Virus record (IMG/VR): IMGVR_UViG_3300042482_000702
Location: 62,001 to 126,000 of that record
DNA length: 64,000 bases
Reading direction: 5' to 3' (one strand)
Shown here piece by piece: positions 18,606-28,310 of this stretch. Position 1 is the stretch's first letter. Every line of letters begins with the position of its first letter. The notes under the pieces were generated by a model. It saw only the letters and a program-made list of their open reading frames with translations. It searched no databases and was not told the origin of the DNA. Position numbers and translations under genes: made by a program.

Positions 18606-18643
18606 AAATAAATAAATCCCCAATCAAGGGGATTTATTTATTT
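18606..18643 (-). terminator. Perfect 16-bp inverted repeat / terminator
   Basis: aaataaataaatcccc-aatcaa-ggggatttatttattt. Confidence 0.75.
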
Positions 18644-18922
18644 TTTAAAATGTTCTTTGATTATTGCAATTCCTTCATCAATTTCATTGTAATCTCTTTC
18701 AGGCGCGAACAATAAAGTATTTGGTTCCACATCCGGAGATTCAACAATCATAAATGCCGGAACAAAATCGTTTTCTGTTATCTCCACAAACATATCATAT
18801 TCGTCTTTGTGCTCATCAATATCTCTCTCAACAAAGAATATGTCGGACTCCACTAGTTTGTCCTTCATTTGGACGCAATAAGGGCATCCGTTCATTGTGA
18901 AAAGAATTAATAACTTATCCAT
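18638..18922 (-). CDS. Glutaredoxin-like protein
   Basis: CPYC active site, VPAF cis-Pro motif. Confidence 0.85.
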   Translation of the reverse strand: MDKLLILFTMNGCPYCVQMKDKLVESDIFFVERDIDEHKDEYDMFVEITENDFVPAFMIVESPDVEPNTLLFAPERDYNEIDEGIAIIKEHFKK

Positions 18923-19238
18923 TTAGTAAATTATCTACTAACTCTTTTATTTGGTGCTCCATTTGCATTCCCGGCTGAGAATAAACTTCTTTACCTTCAG
19001 AAAATGATTTTACAGTGGGGACAGCTCTAACACCTAAAGAAGACGCGAATTCTTGATTAATTTCCACATCCATAGTGTATAATTGAACCTCGGAATTTTC
19101 TTTTCTATATTCTTCCGATAATTTTTCAAAAGCAGGTTTCATTACTTTGCATGGCGAACACCATTTTGCGTGGAAGTCCACGATTAGTTTTTCCCCATTT
19201 TTAATCTTTTGTTTTAATTCTTCTGTTGTAATTTCCAT
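18915..19238 (-). CDS. trxA: Thioredoxin
   Basis: VDFHAKWCSPCK, GVRAVPT. Confidence 0.9.
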   Translation of the reverse strand: MEITTEELKQKIKNGEKLIVDFHAKWCSPCKVMKPAFEKLSEEYRKENSEVQLYTMDVEINQEFASSLGVRAVPTVKSFSEGKEVYSQPGMQMEHQIKELVDNLLNG

Positions 19239-19257
19239 AATTTTAATTTAATTTAAT

Positions 19258-19923
19258 TTATATATTAACCCATCTTCGTCCATTTTTTATATCATAAAAA
19301 AAATGGTCTTTTACGTCAGGATAAAGTTCTTTTAATTGTTTAATTTTATACCCTTCTTTTAATTTATTCTTAACATCAATCACTAAATCAACACTATATT
19401 TAGATGTTTTTTGTAAAGTTTCTGTGGTTTTAATAATCCGGTTTTGTTTATCTTCATCTGACATTAACCCCCAACCTTTTTTAACGGACAATCTTCGTTT
19501 TTCTTTTTGTTCAGCCGCTTTATCACCATACAACTCCTCATATGTTTTACCTTTATGAGAATTACCGTTTTTAAGTGATTCAGATATTCTAACCCTCATT
19601 TCAGGTGAATGGGTATATCCTAAACAACCTTCACCACCTATGGTAGAATTTAATCCATTATCGTAGGAATCATAACTTTCAATATATTTTTTTTCCGTTT
19701 CATAAATAACATTCAAATCACATTCTTCTATTAACTCTATGGTAAAATTTTCTTGACCATATTTTTTCATTGAGTTATATAATTTTGATTTATGTTCCGA
19801 AGTAAAACATCTTGATAAATGTTCCCCAAACCTTTTTTCTAAAGAATTAACCGTACAACCTATATAGATTAAACCATTTTCTTTATTTGTTATTTTATAT
19901 ATTCTCCCTTTTTCTGAGCTCAT
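19258..19923 (-). mobile_element. Free-standing GIY-YIG homing endonuclease with NUMOD3-like motif
   Basis: GRIYKITNKENGLIYIG, R..EH, E...I...DS...GLN; GYTHSPEMRVRISESLK. Confidence 0.9.
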
Positions 19924-19963
19924 AAATACTCTTTATTATAAATATCACCAACCCGCCCAAAAG

Positions 19964-20287
19964 TTATTCTTTCTTTGTTAATCTTTTTAATTGTGATATC
20001 ATATAATCCACCACATTTTTTTTATCCACCGTTGTTAAAATAAATATATCAGTTTCTAATCTTCTATAAATTAAAACGCCGGTTGAGTCATATTCATATA
20101 ATCTACCCTGATGCAATGTCACATATTCATCATTCATCCAATCTTCATACCATAATAGATGAGATTTACTTAAAAATGTATCCATATCTTTTGGAGATAT
20201 TGATGTTGTCGGTAAGTCAATAATGCTCGGGTATGAACCAAACCTTTCTTTGAAGGTGTCTATACAATTTTGAGGCATTTCTTTCAT
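19964..20287 (-). CDS. Hypothetical protein
   Basis: 107-aa ORF coupled to the upstream gene. Confidence 0.7.
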   Translation of the reverse strand: MKEMPQNCIDTFKERFGSYPSIIDLPTTSISPKDMDTFLSKSHLLWYEDWMNDEYVTLHQGRLYEYDSTGVLIYRRLETDIFILTTVDKKNVVDYMISQLKRLTKKE

Positions 20288-20288
20288 A

Positions 20289-22001
20289 TTAAAAATCTAA
20301 TTCTACATCCATATTTATGACTTGATTATAATTATAAGAATTCATTTTATAAATTAAATCGTTCTCCCATCCTAAATTATAAACTATTGGTGGTGTAGTA
20401 CCCGAAATATGTAATCCTGTTCCCTCCGTTCTTTTATAATCTGAATGTATTTCTTTCCCTTTAACTTTAGCAATAATACTTAAAGTATCAAATAATTTAT
20501 CATTCACCAAATTTGAAATTCTATCATCCAACACATTCAAAACTTTATCCCAACTATCGTCTAACAGTTTATTATACTTACCTAAAGTTTGAACTCTATC
20601 TAAATTAAATTTTTTACCATTATGAGATATACGATATTCGATTGACGCTCTGTCGCTAGAATCAATATCACCTCTTCTTAATGATATTAATAAAGATTGT
20701 GGTGTTTTTATATATGTTTTAACACAATTAGATTGAGATATTGATTCCATATTATAATCTTTGGTGGTTTGTAATAAAAGAGGTATATAACAATCATCTG
20801 ATTGAAGAATAACATTATTAACTTCTTCTACAAATTTTTCATTATATATTCTTTTAAAATCCCCCGAATGATAGTGAGAATGTTTTTCTGACCAGTCAAA
20901 ATGTTCCTCAATAAATTCAGTATGTGTATTTGATTTCCATTTAACCGGTTCTTCAAATCTTTTTAATGAATCGTAAAATCTAAAATGGTCTCTATAAGTC
21001 GAACTACTAATTTCCCCATCAATAACTAACTTAAAAATTTCAAAAGCATTACTTTTCTCTTTATTATTTAAAAACTCACTACCAATACCAATATAAAACC
21101 CCATTATGGGATTTTCCAACATTTTTTTAATTATGTCGTCATTTTGAGAGGTTATATAATTTTTCCCAAATAATTTACAAGCAAAATCATAAGTCTCAAA
21201 ATTACAAGATTTAACGGTATGTAAAATTCGTTTTAATTTATCACCACTAACATTATGGACATCCATAAAGGCATCAATATATTTAAAATCTCTTTTCACC
21301 AAATCTTTTTTCTTTGGTTGAGGAAATACCCTCATCAACTCATACCAATTATTTGGGAATTTAATACCCGAATTATCCAAATATCTTTTATATATTCTCA
21401 TATCGGGAGACATATCTAAATATTTTTCAGTACCAGGAATGGCATTTACAAATGAGTTAATGATTTCATTTATTTTTTCCGGAACATCCTCAATAATACC
21501 TTTAGCCAAAAAACCATTTAGAATTTCTCTTAAATAAACTCTTATTTTATTTATTGGGTCAACATTAAACATACACCTTCTAACATTTTTTCTACATTTT
21601 GTTTTAAGATGATAATTAGTTAAGGAACCTGTGTATAATGAATTACTTTTAGAATTAAATGTTACGAATTGACATTTAGTAGCCACCTTGAACCACTTAC
21701 CAGCAAGTCGTCGTCTTTTAGCGTATTGGAAAATTTTAAAAGATATTTTATCCTCATCGGTGGTAACACAGATTATTACTCTCTCAAATGATAAGGAACA
21801 CAATGGGTTTGAGTAATTGTTTTTAAACTCATCTTCGGTGTTATGGGTGTCTTTATATACAAAACTACCCCAAGGAGTCATATTAGCATCATAATCATCG
21901 GAAAAAGGACACTCTGTTAACACCTGTTTTATAGGGTTAGAACTATGATATTCAATTGTCTGATGTTGTCTGATTGTGTAATTATATATCTCTTGACGCA
22001 T
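20289..22001 (-). CDS. PcfJ-like domain protein
   Basis: C-term ES..QSNCVKTY...LLISLR...ASIEY...VQ.LGKYN, typical of PcfJ. Confidence 0.7.
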   Translation of the reverse strand: MRQEIYNYTIRQHQTIEYHSSNPIKQVLTECPFSDDYDANMTPWGSFVYKDTHNTEDEFKNNYSNPLCSLSFERVIICVTTDEDKISFKIFQYAKRRRLAGKWFKVATKCQFVTFNSKSNSLYTGSLTNYHLKTKCRKNVRRCMFNVDPINKIRVYLREILNGFLAKGIIEDVPEKINEIINSFVNAIPGTEKYLDMSPDMRIYKRYLDNSGIKFPNNWYELMRVFPQPKKKDLVKRDFKYIDAFMDVHNVSGDKLKRILHTVKSCNFETYDFACKLFGKNYITSQNDDIIKKMLENPIMGFYIGIGSEFLNNKEKSNAFEIFKLVIDGEISSSTYRDHFRFYDSLKRFEEPVKWKSNTHTEFIEEHFDWSEKHSHYHSGDFKRIYNEKFVEEVNNVILQSDDCYIPLLLQTTKDYNMESISQSNCVKTYIKTPQSLLISLRRGDIDSSDRASIEYRISHNGKKFNLDRVQTLGKYNKLLDDSWDKVLNVLDDRISNLVNDKLFDTLSIIAKVKGKEIHSDYKRTEGTGLHISGTTPPIVYNLGWENDLIYKMNSYNYNQVINMDVELDF

Positions 22002-22017
22002 AGGTGTCTATTTTTGT

Positions 22018-22025
22018 CAAAGATA
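22018..22025 (-). promoter_or_regulatory. Bacteroidota sigmaA -7 box TATCTTTG
   Basis: Matches TAnnTTTG, 17 bp upstream of ATG 22001. Confidence 0.65.
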
Positions 22026-22049
22026 CAATAAATTTTGGGATAAAACAAA

Positions 22050-22340
22050 TTAATTTAAAGAAAAAGATGCGAATTGAGTATGGTAAATTAATGATTTAAT
22101 TTTATCCATATCAACTTCCTCATTTTTAGATTCTTTAAGTTTAACAACAATAGAGATGAGTTGTTTTTGTGTTAAGGAAACATCTTCACCATTTTCAACA
22201 TTATCCAATGATTGTTGTTTCACTCTATCATAGAAGTCATCTTTCAATAAGTCCCCAATTAACTCTATTAAGTCATTGGGGTTCTTATCGAAGAAAGTTA
22301 TAAATTGATTAATGTAGATTTCAACATCAACATTTTTCAT
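22050..22340 (-). CDS. Hypothetical protein
   Basis: 96-aa ORF. Confidence 0.7.
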   Translation of the reverse strand: MKNVDVEIYINQFITFFDKNPNDLIELIGDLLKDDFYDRVKQQSLDNVENGEDVSLTQKQLISIVVKLKESKNEEVDMDKIKSLIYHTQFASFSLN

Positions 22341-22362
22341 ATCATTATTTTTTAAAATGGGG

Positions 22363-23742
22363 TTAGGAAACAGTATAAAATCCTGGTTCTTGTTCGCTAA
22401 GGTTCTCTAAAACTTTTTCAGGTATTTTAACATTTGGGTTACTACCTCTTAAGTTAATGAACGCCAAGTCAGGAAGTTCAGAAACACTCTCTGGAATATT
22501 CTCTATTTGAGAATTACTTGGTAATGATAAAAATTGTAAATTCTTTAAATTTCCAATTGATTCCGGTAAACTTTTACAAATGTTTTGTAATAATAACGCT
22601 TCAAGATTTACAAATCTACCAATAGAATCCGGAACATCTAAAGCAATATCCTCACTGGACTTATTGTTAATTAACAAACGTAATATAGTATCTGGTAAAC
22701 TTTCAAATAATTCGTCAAACCCATAAAGAGCCACAAACTTACCTGATGAACTATCCGGATAATTTACCTCAACAACATCACCACCAGTTTTAACTAAACC
22801 TTCAGCAAATTCTTTTTTGAAGTATTCTTTAAGTTCTTTTCCTTCACCATTTAAGAATTCAACAAGATTTATTTGTCTATCTCTTCTATTCATAAATTGA
22901 CTAGATGGGAAATGGAATTGGTATCTGTTTTTTGGTAATCCGGTTTTATCACTAAATTCTGTATCGTTATTTGGTAATACAACATAATATTGTCCACCTT
23001 GTTTTAAGTAGTAATCAAAATAAGTTCCATCAAGTTTTGACGTACACCAACTTGTTTCACCAAACTGGTCCGTAGTATCATAATACCCTCCAAAAAAAGC
23101 ACCCGCCTCTTTAGCCGGTTGACTCATATCACTAATTGTCACAACAGTCCAACTTGGACTAACAAAATCAATTTTTGAACCAGGATAAGCAAAAGGATTT
23201 TCTTTAGTCAATCTTTCAGCCTTATTTGATTTAGAATCTTTTGTTAATTTAAAATCTTCTACAGCAGTATATAATTGCTCAGGAGTTATTTTATTAATAT
23301 CTCTTAAATCCTCCGGAATTCTTCCTTTAAAACGCTCATGTTTTAATAAATCAACACCAAGTTTATCAATGTCTTCTAAAAACATTCTTCTATATTCTTG
23401 AGCCACTCTCTTATACTCCGGAGTACCAACTTCAATGTCAGCTCTCTCATCAGTAAAAGTTGGTCTTATAAAATGTTTTAACATCCATTGAGTATACTTA
23501 CCAACCTTAACATTATCCATATCTTCTAAAGTAGCACCTTCTTTATCGAAACCTTGAGGAACTCTAGTTGTTGGGTCAGCGAATATTATTGTTTTTAATG
23601 TTTCCAAATCCATAGCACCTTTAGATTGTTTACCTGGTGCCGTTGGTTTTGCCGTTGCAGATGGTTTAACTAATTTATCGTATAGTATCTGGAAACGAGA
23701 TTGTTCTGTAATCAAATTTGATAATACTGAGGTTATTTTCAT
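22363..23742 (-). CDS. Protein with LITEQ leader, central T.WCT domain and C-terminal leucine-rich repeats
   Basis: VPDSIGRFVNLEALLL / LPESIGNLKNLQFLSL / IPESVSELPDLAFINLRG. Confidence 0.8.
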   Translation of the reverse strand: MKITSVLSNLITEQSRFQILYDKLVKPSATAKPTAPGKQSKGAMDLETLKTIIFADPTTRVPQGFDKEGATLEDMDNVKVGKYTQWMLKHFIRPTFTDERADIEVGTPEYKRVAQEYRRMFLEDIDKLGVDLLKHERFKGRIPEDLRDINKITPEQLYTAVEDFKLTKDSKSNKAERLTKENPFAYPGSKIDFVSPSWTVVTISDMSQPAKEAGAFFGGYYDTTDQFGETSWCTSKLDGTYFDYYLKQGGQYYVVLPNNDTEFSDKTGLPKNRYQFHFPSSQFMNRRDRQINLVEFLNGEGKELKEYFKKEFAEGLVKTGGDVVEVNYPDSSSGKFVALYGFDELFESLPDTILRLLINNKSSEDIALDVPDSIGRFVNLEALLLQNICKSLPESIGNLKNLQFLSLPSNSQIENIPESVSELPDLAFINLRGSNPNVKIPEKVLENLSEQEPGFYTVS

Positions 23743-23817
23743 TTTAATAGTTTTTTATTATAAATATTCGTTTTTTACAAATAATTCATCAAACACCATT
23801 ACTTTTGTTTGACGGGA

Positions 23818-23825
23818 CAAAGATA
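23818..23825 (-). promoter_or_regulatory. Bacteroidota -7 box TATCTTTG
   Basis: Intergenic, upstream of 23742. Confidence 0.55.
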
Positions 23826-23848
23826 ATGATAAATTTTAATTATCCAAA

Positions 23849-24703
23849 TTAAATTTTATAATTCATAATTAAAAGTTCTTCTCCCATTGTTTGTGCCTTA
23901 CCCTTCTTAGCCGCAGCCGCTTTTGCAAATAATTTTCTCTCCCACTGATATTGATTCTCCGGAAACCACACTTGTAATTGGGGAAAATCATAGTAAGATA
24001 ATGAGAACTTCCCTTGAATACCTTTTAAAGTGTCTGCCAATCTTTCGTGGTCTTCTCTTCCAAAATCATGATTAGAATAATAACTTCCCTCACCCACAAT
24101 GTAATATGGGGGGTCAACATAAAAATAACTTGTAGGGCCATCATACTTCTCTATAACCGTTTGGAAATCCATATTTTCAATATGTGTTATACTTTCAAAT
24201 AATTTTTGCCATTCAGGTTTTTTTAATTTATTTTTGAATGATGTGAATTTTGAATGGTAATTACCTTTTAAATCTATAAATTTTGATTTAGATGGATTCG
24301 CACCTGAAAAAACTTGAGTTAACACATAGACATACTTCGCAGCAATCTCATAATTTGGGTCTTCACCAATAATTAAATCGTCTGAATAAATTTCTTTTTG
24401 AAACTTATCAAAATTTTCTCCACAAATAGGATTAGTTGGGACGACATTTTTCTCCTGAACCACCAATTTCTCACATTCTTCTAACAATCGTCTATGATTA
24501 ACCACACAACGATACAGATTGTGATTGAGGGAATTAAAGTCGTTATAAACCACTTTTTTTAGATTGGGGTATTCCTCTAACTTCATTCCAAAGAATATCC
24601 AAAATTGACCTGAAAATGGTTCACAATATGTCTCAATGTCTTTTGGGATGAATGGAACTATGAATGTTTGCATCTTACTCTTACCGCCTATATAACTTAT
24701 CAT
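23849..24703 (-). CDS. D12-class (Dam-like) N6-adenine DNA methyltransferase, specificity unknown
   Basis: SYIGGK, EPFSG, YNDFN, FYVDPPY, LSYY. Confidence 0.9.
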   Translation of the reverse strand: MISYIGGKSKMQTFIVPFIPKDIETYCEPFSGQFWIFFGMKLEEYPNLKKVVYNDFNSLNHNLYRCVVNHRRLLEECEKLVVQEKNVVPTNPICGENFDKFQKEIYSDDLIIGEDPNYEIAAKYVYVLTQVFSGANPSKSKFIDLKGNYHSKFTSFKNKLKKPEWQKLFESITHIENMDFQTVIEKYDGPTSYFYVDPPYYIVGEGSYYSNHDFGREDHERLADTLKGIQGKFSLSYYDFPQLQVWFPENQYQWERKLFAKAAAAKKGKAQTMGEELLIMNYKI

Positions 24704-24773
24704 AATTTTTGTTTTTTATAAATATAAGAAATAAAAAGTGTAAAAGCAAGTTTTTCTTTTAAAATTTTTCCAC

Positions 24774-24781
24774 TATATTTG
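24774..24781 (+). promoter_or_regulatory. Bacteroidota -7 box TATATTTG
   Basis: TAnnTTTG 21 bp upstream of ATG 24803. Confidence 0.55.
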
Positions 24782-24802
24782 ATATAAATTAATATTATTT
24801 AT

Positions 24803-25021
24803 ATGGAAGCAATAGAAGCACAAATTATCGAAGAAAAAGACATTAAAACAACAGAAAAAATTAATCAAAATACAAAGGGTGAAAAAGCAGGTTGTAAATC
24901 TTGCAAAAAGAAAGGAATATCAAACACCGATTGGCTTATGATATTCCTTTCATCTTATATTTTATTCTCATCAGTTTATGGTACAATAAAATTGATTAAA
25001 GAACTTATGTTGTTATTCTAA
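24803..25021 (+). CDS. Small membrane protein with CKSC motif
   Basis: GCKSCKKK followed by one hydrophobic helix. Confidence 0.7.
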   Translation: MEAIEAQIIEEKDIKTTEKINQNTKGEKAGCKSCKKKGISNTDWLMIFLSSYILFSSVYGTIKLIKELMLLF

Positions 25022-25023
25022 AA

Positions 25024-25950
25024 TTACCTACGAGAGAACTTAACATTTAATTTTATAAACAAATCCCCAACATTATTAAACCCTTTGGATTTAACTCTAA
25101 GGGGTTTTGTTGTGTCAAAGTCAATCGGTAATTTAACCGATATATTTCCTTTTGGATGGTTAACATCTAACGTGTCTTTCTTTAACGATTCTAAATCAAA
25201 GAAAGCGTTATATATTAAATCATTTCCAAGTTTTTCAAAGTTATTTTCAGGCGAAACTTTAATTCTTAAAACTAAATTCCCATAAATACCATTATGGAAA
25301 TCACCTTTACCTTGTAATCTTAAAAATTGACCATCATCAACACCGTGAGGTAATTTAATAGATAAGTTCTCAGTTGAACTTTTAGTGGTCTCCCCATTAC
25401 AAGACCCACAAACTCTTGAATATGAGAACCCTTTTCCATTACAAGAATAACAAACTTGTCTCACCATCTGAATAAACATTCCAGTCCCAATTCTTTGGAT
25501 TGTGAACCCTTCTCCTCTACAAACATTACAAGTTACTCTGTCACCCCCATTACCATTACAATCACCACATTTATGTTTTCTTTGATAAGTTATTGTTTTA
25601 TCAGAACCATTATAACTTTCTAAAGCCCCCACCACAACTTCAATTACTTTATCCGGAACTGATGGTTGTCTTTGAGAGTGCATATTATTAAACATATCTT
25701 CAAATGGGTTTCCACCACCACCAAAAGGATTAAAACCACCACCACCAAAAGGATTTGACCTTTGATTATCGTATTGTTGACGTTTATCGTTATCACCAAT
25801 CGTATCAAACGCTTCAGAAATTTCTTTAAACTTATTCTCATCCCCACCTTTATCCGGATGATGTTCTACCGCCAATTTTCTATAGGATTTTTTAATCTCT
25901 TCTTGGGTAGCTGTTTCATTAACCCCTAATGTCTCATAAAAATTTTTCAT
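25024..25950 (-). CDS. dnaJ: DnaJ chaperone
   Basis: J domain with HPD, G/F region, four CxxCxGx(G) motifs, C-terminal domain. Confidence 0.95.
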   Translation of the reverse strand: MKNFYETLGVNETATQEEIKKSYRKLAVEHHPDKGGDENKFKEISEAFDTIGDNDKRQQYDNQRSNPFGGGGFNPFGGGGNPFEDMFNNMHSQRQPSVPDKVIEVVVGALESYNGSDKTITYQRKHKCGDCNGNGGDRVTCNVCRGEGFTIQRIGTGMFIQMVRQVCYSCNGKGFSYSRVCGSCNGETTKSSTENLSIKLPHGVDDGQFLRLQGKGDFHNGIYGNLVLRIKVSPENNFEKLGNDLIYNAFFDLESLKKDTLDVNHPKGNISVKLPIDFDTTKPLRVKSKGFNNVGDLFIKLNVKFSRR

Positions 25951-26004
25951 ACTTATTTACTTATATTTAATTTAAAACTAATCTATTTAATAACAACTAT
26001 CAAC

Positions 26005-26646
26005 ATGAATTACTTAATTGTTCTATTCAAAAATAAAATAAAAAAGAAAATAATCAATAAATTTAAGACACATAAAAAGTCAGATGATTTATTTATTATC
26101 TTATCTAATCAAAGTAATGATGTTATTTTTGAAAAAAAGTATATAAATGGGGATGAATGTAGTTATGAATTAGCAATATTGGAAAAGTCCCCCGATACAT
26201 TTCTTCCTGTATATTTAAAAGATGAGTTAGGTCGACAAATTAAAGTTAATTTAGACGATGGTGATTATACAATAACAAAAATAATAACCTATAAAATTGA
26301 GGAGACTTTATTAGACGTTATTTTAAATAAAAAAATAAACTCTCATGAGTTTATTAAATTGTATTTAGACCCAGTGGGGTTTAAATTAATGTCAAAACTA
26401 AATAATAAAATTATTGTCCAGAATGACGATAAAGTTAATTTATTCATTTTAAAAAATGAGTATGATTCTTCTCGTTTTATAGAATCCATTTCAAATAAAT
26501 TTATGTCAGAAAAAAGAATGGATTGCATGTTCATTAAAGATTGTTCTACACCCCAAAAAAAATCCCTGTATAATTTATTAATTAATCAGGGGTTTTCAAA
26601 AGACTACCTTCTTCGGTATTCAACAACTCATCCAGTAAAAAGATGA
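26005..26646 (+). CDS. Hypothetical protein
   Basis: 213-aa ORF divergent from dnaJ; overlaps the next gene tail-to-tail by 65 bp. Confidence 0.7.
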   Translation: MNYLIVLFKNKIKKKIINKFKTHKKSDDLFIILSNQSNDVIFEKKYINGDECSYELAILEKSPDTFLPVYLKDELGRQIKVNLDDGDYTITKIITYKIEETLLDVILNKKINSHEFIKLYLDPVGFKLMSKLNNKIIVQNDDKVNLFILKNEYDSSRFIESISNKFMSEKRMDCMFIKDCSTPQKKSLYNLLINQGFSKDYLLRYSTTHPVKR

Positions 26647-26848
26647 ATTCAGTATTTGAGATATCAATTTTAAATTGTTTATAATTTCTATCTACATCTC
26701 TGAAGTTTTTTTGAACTGTTTTATAATCCTTTTCTTTAAGTTCAAAAGCTATCATACATTTCCCGTCAGGGAATAAACTTTCAATAGCATCCGAAATTAT
26801 TGCTAACTTTTGAATTATTCCATCAACACTTTTTTTATTCTCATCCAT
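26582..26848 (-). CDS. Hypothetical protein
   Basis: 88-aa ORF in a coupled series. Confidence 0.65.
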   Translation of the reverse strand: MDENKKSVDGIIQKLAIISDAIESLFPDGKCMIAFELKEKDYKTVQKNFRDVDRNYKQFKIDISNTEFIFLLDELLNTEEGSLLKTPD

Positions 26849-27006
26849 AAGGTTAGTTTTTCCGGTATTATTTGTTTTGGAAGAATATCCTCCTTTTTAA
26901 TTTTAACAATGTCATTGATTAATCTTGATTTTTCATTATCTAAATTAATTTCATCTTTTTTAAGTTCATTCTGATACCACTCTAGGTGTTTCAAGCTCTT
27001 CTTCAT
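26815..27006 (-). CDS. Hypothetical protein
   Basis: 63-aa coiled-coil-like ORF. Confidence 0.6.
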   Translation of the reverse strand: MKKSLKHLEWYQNELKKDEINLDNEKSRLINDIVKIKKEDILPKQIIPEKLTLWMRIKKVLME

Positions 27007-27394
27007 TGTCTTCTAATTCAATTTTATCAGTTTTTATATTAAATTTTAATTTTTTTAAATTATTCAAATTTTGTTTTTCAAAAATAGTTTTTAACTCATC
27101 AACTTTATATTGGAAGAGCTTATCTTTTTCTTCTCTGTCCAAATTATACTTAATAATGTTTCGTAAATTCTCTGAAGTCTTTTCAATATTATCTTCATTT
27201 ATTTCACTAACAAACGAAAAAAATCTATGGTCCGGTACTTTACTCTCTTGTTCCATTAATTTGTCTTCCTCAACATATTTTTTAGGTAATTTCCAATCCA
27301 TAGGAAACGCAACATCAAAACTTAAATATTTTTCAATTTTTCTAACTGATTGTAGATAAGGAAATAATGTTGAAAATTCTTTATATAAACTCAT
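26966..27394 (-). CDS. Hypothetical protein (start MSLYKEF)
   Basis: Start moved to 27394 to avoid overlap with the upstream gene. Confidence 0.7.
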   Translation of the reverse strand: MSLYKEFSTLFPYLQSVRKIEKYLSFDVAFPMDWKLPKKYVEEDKLMEQESKVPDHRFFSFVSEINEDNIEKTSENLRNIIKYNLDREEKDKLFQYKVDELKTIFEKQNLNNLKKLKFNIKTDKIELEDNEEELETPRVVSE

Positions 27395-27396
27395 AA

Positions 27397-27582
27397 TTAA
27401 TATTTTATAATATAGGTTAAACAATAGGATATTGCTAATCCCAAATAGATAAGTTCCCCATTATACAATAAAAACCTTTTTGGTGGATTTGATATTAGGG
27501 AACCTATTAATCTAGTCACCGTCCTTAGAACGGTTAAGACTGAAAAGATAAATATAAACAATAAAATTGTTTTAATATCCAT
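27397..27582 (-). CDS. Small two-helix membrane protein
   Basis: Two hydrophobic segments. Confidence 0.65.
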   Translation of the reverse strand: MDIKTILLFIFIFSVLTVLRTVTRLIGSLISNPPKRFLLYNGELIYLGLAISYCLTYIIKY

Positions 27583-27584
27583 AA

Positions 27585-27761
27585 CTATTCGTCTTTTTTT
27601 CTTTCAGATAAAATTTCTTTTCGTAAAGTGTCTAAAGATTTTTTTAAATCTTGAGATAATTTTCTAGCTCTAGTGCCAGCACTTTTATTACCTGCGAAGA
27701 ATTTTGTAGCATCCACTGATAATTCTTCAGTTAAAGCCTTAATTTGTTCTAATGTTTCCAT
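27585..27761 (-). CDS. Histone H1-like Hc1-family nucleoid protein (58 aa)
   Basis: Hand translation METLEQIKALTEELSVDATKFFAGNKSAGTRARKLSQDLKKSLDTLRKEILSERKKDE; GNKSAGTRARK signature; missing from ORF track. Confidence 0.85.
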   Translation of the reverse strand: METLEQIKALTEELSVDATKFFAGNKSAGTRARKLSQDLKKSLDTLRKEILSERKKDE

Positions 27762-27842
27762 GTCAAAGTTTGTTAATAATTTATTTTTATTTCTTTAAAA
27801 GTAAATTTATTTATACCATTGTAAACACTATATAGACTTTTT

Positions 27843-28310
27843 TTATGTTTTGAGACTATTATTCAATACTTTGTATATCATTAAAATCATCTCTAAATCA
27901 GATTTTGTAAATGTCTTATCTAAATTAAATAAATCAGTAAAAAATTCACCCACTGAAAGTCTAACTTTTTCCTCCTTTTGATGATAAAAAACGTCATCAA
28001 AAAAGGATTCAAAATAATCGTAATGACTTCCTTTAAGATGGAAATTAATATTTTCTTTTTTAAAATTTTCAATTGTTTTTTTCCAACACCAATCAAAATG
28101 ATTTAAATTATCTTTATCAGACAAAATTATTTTTGTTTCGTTGGAAATGGTATTTTGACCTAAATAGGTTTGTAGAATTAAAGAGTTAAGTGAGTGAGAA
28201 AAGTCCGAATATAGTTCTAATTTTTCGGGAATAACATTGTTAACCCTAAACCAGACTTCTACATCTTCGGGGGACATTGGCTTTGTTATATAGTTAAAAA
28301 AATTCTCCAT
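27843..28310 (-). CDS. Hypothetical protein
   Basis: 155-aa ORF; ATG lies inside a hairpin. Confidence 0.75.
   Translation of the reverse strand: MENFFNYITKPMSPEDVEVWFRVNNVIPEKLELYSDFSHSLNSLILQTYLGQNTISNETKIILSDKDNLNHFDWCWKKTIENFKKENINFHLKGSHYDYFESFFDDVFYHQKEEKVRLSVGEFFTDLFNLDKTFTKSDLEMILMIYKVLNNSLKT

Noticed and set aside
23849-24703. Calling the methyltransferase a GATC-specific dam
   Set aside because: The family is clear but the specificity is not, and GATC sites seem absent, so no gene symbol was given.
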